Source of the DNA: a virus
Lineage: Duplodnaviria; Caudoviricetes
Virus record (IMG/VR): IMGVR_UViG_3300023261_000002
Span: 1 to 53,686 of that record
Strand: one strand, 5' to 3'
DNA length: 53,686 nt
Part shown: in pieces, positions 46,691 to 53,686 of the stretch
How positions within the stretch are numbered: position 1 is the stretch's first letter
Layout of the letters: each line of letters starts with the position of its first letter
Notes under the pieces: generated by a model
What the model was told of the DNA's origin: nothing
Databases searched by the model: none
Seen by the model: the letters and a program-made list of their open reading frames with translations, nothing else
Position numbers and translations under genes: made by a program

Positions 46691-47852
46691 TTCACAGGTT
46701 CAAACTCTACTCCCGTTGGACCAGTTCGCTAGCATCATGGGCATATCCCCTTTCGAGTTCAATCAGATAGGGGAGGGGATTACTTATCATAGAGAGAATC
46801 AATGTCAGTCGGTTTTCTTTCAATATAGCTGGATGCGGCAATTTTTAAGCCGTGACGAAGTAGCACGCGCTATCTCGAAAGCTGAACACGCTTTAGCCAA
46901 CATTCTCAACTTCTGGCCTGCGCCCAAATACATCACGAATGAGACAATTCCCTATCCACGCTCAGTACAAAGCTCGCAACCTAATTTTATGACTCCACGC
47001 GGTCAATGGAAACCAGTTAAGGCGCGCTACAACTATATTCAGGCGCTTGGCACACTAACAAGAACTTTGATTGAAGCTGATGTAGTCTATGTCGCAAGCG
47101 ATGATGATGGGGATGGGGTAGACGATACCTTTACGCTAACCGTTGCCACCACCGAAACCGATGCCACAAAACTCGCTTTGTATTTCAATGCCAGCGACAG
47201 AAATACAGCACTTGGAGAGGCTTGGCAGATTCGCCCTGTGCAATGCACAATCTCAGGTGGCAATGCGGTCTTTGTGGGCAAATTATCCCAAATTACTGTA
47301 CCGCTTCTTTGGCGCTTGCCCGATGCTGATAAGCTAGATGCTGCTGACGTAGCCATCTATGTTGAAAGCCTTGATATTTACTTGCACGAAACCGATAGCG
47401 CCAATGCAGGGACGGCCTATTGGGATGGCTATGTAGGGCAAAGTGGCACAAGTAGCGGCAGCATTGATAGCAACTCAGTGATTAGCGAAGGTGAACTCGG
47501 CTATTTCCGTCCTGCAATTTCGCTGTGTTCTTTGTGGAATGCTAGCCCGAATAGGCTAATTGTCAATTACTTGGCAGGCTATCCACGAGAGGCCGATGGC
47601 TCTATGGCTGAACCGTTTGCTTCAATTGTGGCGCATTTAGCAATGGCCTACATGCCTGCAAACTCTTGCGGATGCGAGAGAAGCAATCAGATATTTAGGT
47701 GGTGGAGGTCATACCCCTCTGACGGAGAAGAGGGAAGACGACCAATGATACCTTCTGAAATCGCCCAATGCCCATTTCCGCCCACTAGAGGCGGATTGTT
47801 CGCTTGGGAGGGGGTACTCGCTTGGCAACTTACAGGCAGCGCTATGGGCTAA
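46683..47852 (+). CDS. Head-tail adaptor-like protein
   Basis: Position; 'AISKAEHALANIL', 'VNYLAGY..IVAHLA'. Confidence 0.55.
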   Translation: MANSQVQTLLPLDQFASIMGISPFEFNQIGEGITYHRENQCQSVFFQYSWMRQFLSRDEVARAISKAEHALANILNFWPAPKYITNETIPYPRSVQSSQPNFMTPRGQWKPVKARYNYIQALGTLTRTLIEADVVYVASDDDGDGVDDTFTLTVATTETDATKLALYFNASDRNTALGEAWQIRPVQCTISGGNAVFVGKLSQITVPLLWRLPDADKLDAADVAIYVESLDIYLHETDSANAGTAYWDGYVGQSGTSSGSIDSNSVISEGELGYFRPAISLCSLWNASPNRLIVNYLAGYPREADGSMAEPFASIVAHLAMAYMPANSCGCERSNQIFRWWRSYPSDGEEGRRPMIPSEIAQCPFPPTRGGLFAWEGVLAWQLTGSAMG

Positions 47853-47880
47853 CTTGCCATAAAGGAGGTAAGACGTTATA

Positions 47881-48222
47881 ATGCTAAGAAAAGAGTATAC
47901 AGACTTACGCGGCTTTAAGCGCCGTGTTGGGGTGCTAAACAGCACAGACGACCCAAGCGAAGGCATACCATTAGATGTATTTCTGGACTTGGATGAGCTT
48001 TACAGTGACGTACCAGAAACATTCCGCGTGGCCTTATATAACCGATTGTGGGATATGGGGCTGATAGAAGCTACTGATTTCCTCGCCGCAAATGCCGCAA
48101 ACCGCGTCAAAACGGCTCTCCAATTAACGCTCAAAAGTGCAGCGACTGACATAGTTCGTTTCATCACTAGCATAAATTTGGAGAGTAATCAAAATGGGAC
48201 AAGCCATAAGCGACATGCTTAA
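47881..48222 (+). CDS. Hypothetical neck-region protein
   Basis: AAGGAGGT RBS. Confidence 0.55.
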   Translation: MLRKEYTDLRGFKRRVGVLNSTDDPSEGIPLDVFLDLDELYSDVPETFRVALYNRLWDMGLIEATDFLAANAANRVKTALQLTLKSAATDIVRFITSINLESNQNGTSHKRHA

Positions 48223-49699
48223 AATTGCAGAACGCGCTATCTTTCTCCAAGAAGGCGGCGCGTCTCCTGCTTCACAACCTTTTTATAGAGGCGAGGCCGT
48301 TGGCGGCGGCTTCAATACACCGCAAGGTGATGTTACCCCTATCTACTTGCCATCCCGTGAGCAACCTAATAATTGGGATATTGTGGATGTGTATCAAGGT
48401 TCACAGGGCTTGCCTACGAGCGACTTTACAGCCCGTGTGAATTATGTCCAGTATCGCAAATGGCAAAACTTGCGCTTGCGCCGTTGCCCCTTCACGTTTT
48501 ACGTGAAACATGATGATTGTGGGCGGCCTGATGACCCCCGTAGTTGGATATACAAAAAACTCTATTTGGATACGCGCTTCACAGACTTCACAGACGCAGC
48601 AGACGGCACATTGCAAGGTGATGACCAAGCGCCTGTAGAACTCACAGGCTCAATCACGTCCTTAGCTGAGTACATCCTCTACCCTATCTCATTTGAGGAA
48701 GTAGCAGACGCGGCGATTCTGGCAGATGTGCTTGATGGCTTCTATGCTTCTATCGCCTCATGCGGTGGCAAGTGCGGTGAACGCAAAGACGAATGCAATA
48801 ATTTCTATGCGCTAACCGCACTCAATAGCGGTAGCCCCGGACTTTCTTCACAGCTTGTTATCTCCACCGACAATAAGCAAACATGGAACGCGCTGGATAT
48901 TCCAACCCTCGGCGGTTTAGCTGGTACTGCGATTGCCGATGCTGGTAGCTATATCGTGCTGGTTAGCCAAAACATGGCAGGGCATCATTTTATTCGCTTC
49001 TCCGATGCGAACGCGCTAGATGCAGGTGGATGGGCTTTCCTCAATACCGATTATCAAGCAGGCGTAGGCTTATGGGATGTTTTCGCGCTATCGCCTGAGG
49101 AAGTCTATATCGCGGCGGCAGATGGTTACGCTTACCGCTTGAATAGCCCCGATGGTGCGCCTACGATTTTGACTGAAGGCTCAATCGTTTCAACTGATTT
49201 GAAGCATGTTGATGGTTACATTCGCACAGTGGTTTTTGCTGGCGATAGCGGCGTGGTGCTAGTCACACAAAATCAAGGTAGTTCGTTGGTGCTTAAGCCG
49301 ATTACCTTGAAAGACGGCACAGTCATTACAGGTAATGTAACCGCGCTCGGTGTCTTGTCGGATAATATCTGGTTCTTGGCTGTAGGTGGTGTTTTATACT
49401 ACACGATTGACACAGGTGAGACCTACCAAGCTAAAGCGCTTAATTCGGGCATTAGCGTGATTAATTCCATTCGCTTCTCTAATCCGCTTGTGGGTTACAT
49501 CACGGCGGAATTGGGCGGCGTAGGAACGGTTTATCGCAGTCATGACGCAGGCTATAGCTGGCAAAACAATGACCCTGATATTGACGGCATTCCAACCGTG
49601 ACCCGTTTCAACTTTGCCGCACCGTGTGGTGTTAACGAAGTTGCCGCAGGTGGGCGCGTATCGGCTGGGGGCGATGGCCTCTTGGCAATTGGCAGTTAA
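48194..49699 (+). CDS. Probable major tail protein with C-terminal BNR/Asp-box beta-propeller
   Basis: Position before chaperones and TMP; Asp-boxes 'STDNKQTW', 'TIDTGETY', 'SHDAGYSW'. Confidence 0.65.
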   Translation: MGQAISDMLKIAERAIFLQEGGASPASQPFYRGEAVGGGFNTPQGDVTPIYLPSREQPNNWDIVDVYQGSQGLPTSDFTARVNYVQYRKWQNLRLRRCPFTFYVKHDDCGRPDDPRSWIYKKLYLDTRFTDFTDAADGTLQGDDQAPVELTGSITSLAEYILYPISFEEVADAAILADVLDGFYASIASCGGKCGERKDECNNFYALTALNSGSPGLSSQLVISTDNKQTWNALDIPTLGGLAGTAIADAGSYIVLVSQNMAGHHFIRFSDANALDAGGWAFLNTDYQAGVGLWDVFALSPEEVYIAAADGYAYRLNSPDGAPTILTEGSIVSTDLKHVDGYIRTVVFAGDSGVVLVTQNQGSSLVLKPITLKDGTVITGNVTALGVLSDNIWFLAVGGVLYYTIDTGETYQAKALNSGISVINSIRFSNPLVGYITAELGGVGTVYRSHDAGYSWQNNDPDIDGIPTVTRFNFAAPCGVNEVAAGGRVSAGGDGLLAIGS

Positions 49700-49724
49700 G
49701 CAGTACAAATAGGAGAGAGAATCC

Positions 49725-50387
49725 ATGACAGAAAAAACCCGTGAGGACATTATCGCGGAAGTCCGTTCAAGTGTAAGTCAGTCGATTAACGACTGGTTTT
49801 TAGACCGTGAAACAGGCAAATTTTACAGCAGTGAAGGCAAGGACTTAGGCTTTGCCTTCTTTCCTGAGAAGCGCCTGTTTATCAATAGCGAAGGCTATCA
49901 TATTGAATTGCGCCGTGTGAACATGCAAACAGTTGCCAATTTCACGGCGGCCTATGATAAAAAGTATGCCCCTAAAGTGCCCCTGAAACGTATCAAGGTG
50001 GATGAAAACGAATACTATTCAGAGGGCAATATCAACGACCCTGCTTATCAAGATGAACTCCACCGCCATGACCAAGCTAAAGAAATTGCACAAGCTGCTT
50101 ATCAATTCTCACTCGCTGTTAAAAACCCACTCCCCCCACGCAGTGAATGGGATGATGTTTTTGCGATGGCAGTAGAGGCGTTGCAAGCATTATCCGATGA
50201 ACCGCTTAAAGATTATTCCATTCGTTATGAGTGGATAAATGCCATGCTACCCACCAACACCGAGTTAGTTGTTTTTGTGCAAATTGTCATGGGGGCAGAA
50301 TTGCCAACGGTGGAGGCGCTTCGTAAAGCTGAAAGCCGATTTCCGAGCGAACATGGGGCTAACGGACATAAGGAAGTATCGGCCTGA
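49725..50387 (+). CDS. Tail assembly chaperone (G-like)
   Basis: Between the tail gene and TMP; overlapped by a +1 ORF. Confidence 0.65.
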   Translation: MTEKTREDIIAEVRSSVSQSINDWFLDRETGKFYSSEGKDLGFAFFPEKRLFINSEGYHIELRRVNMQTVANFTAAYDKKYAPKVPLKRIKVDENEYYSEGNINDPAYQDELHRHDQAKEIAQAAYQFSLAVKNPLPPRSEWDDVFAMAVEALQALSDEPLKDYSIRYEWINAMLPTNTELVVFVQIVMGAELPTVEALRKAESRFPSEHGANGHKEVSA

Positions 50388-50646
50388 ACCCGGTATTGCT
50401 GAATTTTCCTACAATATGGAGTTCGAGTTACAGGAAGCGGCGGTTGCAAGAGATATAAGCCCGTTAGAACTCGCTGAAATGCCCGGTATACAGCTATGGT
50501 TGAAAGATGAAAGCGATATGTGCAAGGCTGATTTGTTAGTCTGGTATAGGCTAAAAAACCAGATTGAAGCGACAAGTAATGACCTACAGAGCAAGCACAT
50601 CAAACGATTGCAGGCGAAAGCCAGAATGAATCGCAATGGCAGATAG
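50341..50646 (+). CDS. Tail assembly chaperone frameshift extension (T-like)
   Basis: Open +1 frame 50269..50646 with no convincing RBS; TTT-C slip site at 50340-50343. Confidence 0.55.
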   Translation, partial: FRANMGLTDIRKYRPEPGIAEFSYNMEFELQEAAVARDISPLELAEMPGIQLWLKDESDMCKADLLVWYRLKNQIEATSNDLQSKHIKRLQAKARMNRNGR

Positions 50647-53584
50647 TGGACTCGAAAAGATTGGCGTATCAGTAGTTGCGGAGGGTTTGGCGGCCTATCA
50701 AAAAGGCATGTCTGATTACAAAAAATCCACCGATGACGCAACGAAGGCTACGCAAAATTATCAGAAGCAAACCGAGAGCGCAGGCCAAAAAGGGTCTGGG
50801 CTTCTTGGGTTTATCAAAAATCTGGTAGGCGGCCTTAAGCAATCGGCACAAGCAGCAACCGCGAATATACCCGGCTTTCAAGGCTTATCCTCTGCCATTG
50901 GGGGGCTTAGTTCTGGCGCTTTAGTTGCCATTGGCGGCATTGCCTTACTCACGGCTGGCATATTCAGCTTAGGCCAACGTGGGGCTGAGGTTATCGGTAT
51001 TCAGAATGCTTTTAATAATACCTTAGGGCAGTTTCAAAACGAACTTGGCACAAGTACCGAATACCTTGACGGTTTGCGGTTGGCGGCTGGCGACACAATC
51101 TCCGAACTCGAATTGATGCGCATTACCAATATCGCGCTTGCTGGTGCAACGGGCGAAGCTGGTACAGCCTTTGGACAAGCGCTTCCTAAGTTACTAGAAA
51201 TTGCCCGTGTGCAAGCGGCGGCAACGGGGCAATCTGTTGACTACTTATTCCAATCGCTTGTTACGGGTATTAAGCGCAGTTCGCCCCTACTTATTGATAA
51301 TACGGGCTTGGTTCTCAAGATTGGTGAGGCCAATGAGACTTATGCCGCTAGCATTGGCAAAACAGTTGAGGAACTCACAGCGCAAGAAAAACAAATGGCT
51401 TTAATTAACGCAACGGTTGAAGCTGGTAATGCCGCGATTGAAGCCGCAGGCGGTGTCCAAGAAACAGCTGCGACCAAGATGGCGCGTGCAATGGCGCTTA
51501 TTGAGAATAATCTTAATAATCTTTCTGTCGCAGTAGAACCGATACTGGGCGGCATTCTGGATTATTTCAACTTTGTATTCAAGGCTATGGCAGATGCATC
51601 CGCCATAGTTGGCCCGATTTTGCGCGAAGTGGTTTTACGAATCGGTGGGCTTTTTTCAAGCATAGGCCAATTCATTCAGCCTGCGGCGCAATTCATTATG
51701 GATACGATTGGCAACTTAGGGCAAATGTTAGTCGGTGGCATTGCCTTCTTCATCAAGGGCGCGGCGGCAATTTCGGGCGCAATAGGTAACGGGTTACTGG
51801 CAGGCGCAAACGCTTTTGTTTTCCCTGCGGTTATTGCCATTGCTCAATTCATTGCCGACTTTTTAAGCGGTTTTAGCCCCCCAAAGAAAGGGCCGCTATC
51901 CACAATTGATAAGGGCGCGGCTAATGTCATGGCGGCTTGGACTGAGGGCTTTGTAGGCGCGTTTAAGCCCCAATCCATTGCTGATGTTGCGGCGCAAGTG
52001 GATGCCCAATTAGGCTTAATCGGTAGCATGGGTATTGGGCAAGTAGAGAAGCGCTTGCGACAATTGGATAAGTCGCTTAGGCCATTCCAAGAGCAGCTTA
52101 AGATTGTCAAAGATAACTTTGATGCGCTTAAAGAACCTGCTGAGGCCGCTTTACGCGCTATAGATAGGCAGTTGGAGCGCTTAGGGCCAGCGCTTGCAGC
52201 TGGGGATACGGAAGCGGCAAAGCTTACCCAGCAATTGAATGTCCAGCGCTTGGCAATTCAAAAGCGCCTCGACTTACAGCAAGACGGTGTAGACCAAGCC
52301 CAAATCCAATTAGCTTTGCAACAGGCCCAACAGCAGCAAGAAAGAACCTTACTCGAAATTCAGAAAGCCCGTTTGGGCACGCAAGAAAAGCAAGCCAAAG
52401 CAGTCAAGAAAACCGTTGCGGCAAGTGGTGAAAAAGCGCCCAAACCAAAGACGGGCGGCGCGGCACCAGCCCCAGCAACAGAGGCGGCAGGCGGCGCGTC
52501 TATGCAACTGCCCGGAATGGCAGATAGTCTCACAAATCCGCTTGCAGGGCTTGATGCTTTTGGGGCGGAAGTCGGTACTGAGTTTATGGACTTCTTATCG
52601 GCAGGCGGTGAACTCGAAACATTCCAAAGCAATAGTGGTAAGCTTGGAGAGATATTCGCGCAAATTGGGGAAAGCAATCCTGTACAAGGTATCATTGGGG
52701 CATTTGATGGCTTTGGAGATGCCCTACAAGAGAATTTTGTCACGCCCATTAGTGAGAAAATCACTGAGGGCGTAGGCTGGTTTACAGACCCGACCGTAGA
52801 AGGCGGTTTAGCGAACTTCTTTACGCGTATTCGGGAGCAAGGTGTAGCGAGTGTGCTAGGGGATTTGGCTATTCCCTTTGGGCAGTTCTTATTTGATAGC
52901 ATTACAGCGCCAATTGATGCACTAAGCCCACTTACCACGCTGATAGATGCATTCTGGCCTGCAAAGGAATGGATTTTAGGTACAGCCGAGGGCGGCGGTT
53001 TGCCCTCTTTGCTAGCTGAAATTGGCAAAGCTTTCGACTTCGTGCCTGATATGATTTGGAGCGCTTTGCAATCTATCGGCTTGCTTTTGTGGAATACCCT
53101 AGCTGTACCTTTTGTTGAGGCGATTAATACCATTATCGACAAAATTAACGAGTTCTTTGGGGTGATTAACAATTCCGAGCTTGTCAATTTTGCTAGAACC
53201 CAACTCGGTATTCAGATACCAGAGGTTAGCTTTGAGCGTATTGATACCGCCGCGCCTGCTTCCTTGACCAATCCACCCCCACCCCCTGCTAGAAAAGGCG
53301 GTTTGTTTGGCGGCGGCGCAGTACGCACACATAGAGAAGAAGTTATGATGGGCGCTGAACCTTTTGCGGTATTCTCGCAACAGTTTGTAAAAGCGATGAG
53401 TGTTTTAAGTAACGCGATATTATCAGGAGGCATGGCAAGTCAATCTTTACAAATGCCCGTGATGGCATCAGGTATGGGCGGCACAACGAACAATAGCAGT
53501 ACAATTATCAATGCCAATATGAATGGAAATAGTAGCCCTGTGGATATTGCCAACCGCATCGCTATGGAACGGGCTTTGGGATGA
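50636..53584 (+). CDS. Tape measure protein
   Basis: 982 aa, Ala/Gly-rich and helical; 'SLVTGIKRSSPLLIDNTG', 'FSPPKKGPLS'. Confidence 0.9.
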   Translation: MADSGLEKIGVSVVAEGLAAYQKGMSDYKKSTDDATKATQNYQKQTESAGQKGSGLLGFIKNLVGGLKQSAQAATANIPGFQGLSSAIGGLSSGALVAIGGIALLTAGIFSLGQRGAEVIGIQNAFNNTLGQFQNELGTSTEYLDGLRLAAGDTISELELMRITNIALAGATGEAGTAFGQALPKLLEIARVQAAATGQSVDYLFQSLVTGIKRSSPLLIDNTGLVLKIGEANETYAASIGKTVEELTAQEKQMALINATVEAGNAAIEAAGGVQETAATKMARAMALIENNLNNLSVAVEPILGGILDYFNFVFKAMADASAIVGPILREVVLRIGGLFSSIGQFIQPAAQFIMDTIGNLGQMLVGGIAFFIKGAAAISGAIGNGLLAGANAFVFPAVIAIAQFIADFLSGFSPPKKGPLSTIDKGAANVMAAWTEGFVGAFKPQSIADVAAQVDAQLGLIGSMGIGQVEKRLRQLDKSLRPFQEQLKIVKDNFDALKEPAEAALRAIDRQLERLGPALAAGDTEAAKLTQQLNVQRLAIQKRLDLQQDGVDQAQIQLALQQAQQQQERTLLEIQKARLGTQEKQAKAVKKTVAASGEKAPKPKTGGAAPAPATEAAGGASMQLPGMADSLTNPLAGLDAFGAEVGTEFMDFLSAGGELETFQSNSGKLGEIFAQIGESNPVQGIIGAFDGFGDALQENFVTPISEKITEGVGWFTDPTVEGGLANFFTRIREQGVASVLGDLAIPFGQFLFDSITAPIDALSPLTTLIDAFWPAKEWILGTAEGGGLPSLLAEIGKAFDFVPDMIWSALQSIGLLLWNTLAVPFVEAINTIIDKINEFFGVINNSELVNFARTQLGIQIPEVSFERIDTAAPASLTNPPPPPARKGGLFGGGAVRTHREEVMMGAEPFAVFSQQFVKAMSVLSNAILSGGMASQSLQMPVMASGMGGTTNNSSTIINANMNGNSSPVDIANRIAMERALG

Positions 53585-53686
53585 GTGGATACCCGAACTA
53601 CGTACTCAATTGCTACGACACGGGCAACTTTGGCGCGCTGCTTATCTCCTTGCCTGTGAGCGAAGGATTCAACCTAACATACTCCA
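53560..53686. repeat. Terminal 127-bp direct repeat (copy 2)
   Basis: Identical to 1-127; the TMP stop TGA overlaps the ATG of ORF 22..1143 (ATGA at 53581-53584). Confidence 0.95.

Noticed and set aside
52360-53187. 275-aa minus-strand ORF and other antisense ORFs (e.g. 37727..38311, 32039..32686, 8145..8618)
   Set aside because: Shadow frames of well-supported plus-strand genes, with no motifs
53560-53686. 127-bp terminal repeat as a biological DTR
   Set aside because: The length equals a common assembler k-mer (127) and it falls at a tail gene junction, so it is best explained as a circular overlap
1-53686. CRISPR array, DGR/retron reverse transcriptase, alternative genetic code
   Set aside because: I saw no regularly spaced repeats, no RT-like ORF and no TR/VR pair; code-11 ORFs tile the genome densely

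Overview
The window is an apparently complete circular dsDNA tailed-phage genome of about 53,559 bp. Bases 1-127 are repeated at 53560-53686, and the tape-measure stop overlaps the start of the first ORF across the join. The tail genes suggest a siphovirus, and the genome reads with standard code 11. Modules: packaging and head (32153-40562); a glycosyltransferase/methyltransferase block between the capsid and neck genes (41088-46690); neck, tail and tape measure (46683-53584, continuing at 22-6098); membrane/holin-like genes; an HNH-AP2 endonuclease; a minus-strand accessory arm; replication (initiator with iterons, SF4 helicase, RepB-like primase, RNase H, C5 methyltransferase-like); an isolated GH-A/SH3 putative endolysin; and an early region behind strong promoters carrying five operator repeats. 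I recognised no integrase, reverse transcriptase or CRISPR array. The best candidate for an undescribed system is 8727-10268(-). There a GNAT acetyltransferase is translationally coupled to a TGT/DpdA-like (DUF6610-like) barrel protein, followed by a separately promoted ncRNA operon holding tRNA-Asp(GUC) and several non-canonical tRNA-like RNAs. The tRNA-Asp and one tRNA-like RNA carry the U-G-U loop motif that TGT recognises. Other notable signals are long hairpins with anti-Shine-Dalgarno loops, five convergent-promoter antisense-RNA cassettes, probable virion glycosylation, a HiPIP-like Cys domain on the head maturation protein, and strong GATC avoidance. All family calls come from reading motifs by eye; no database searches were run. 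The host is uncertain, and Chloroflexota is only a tentative guess.
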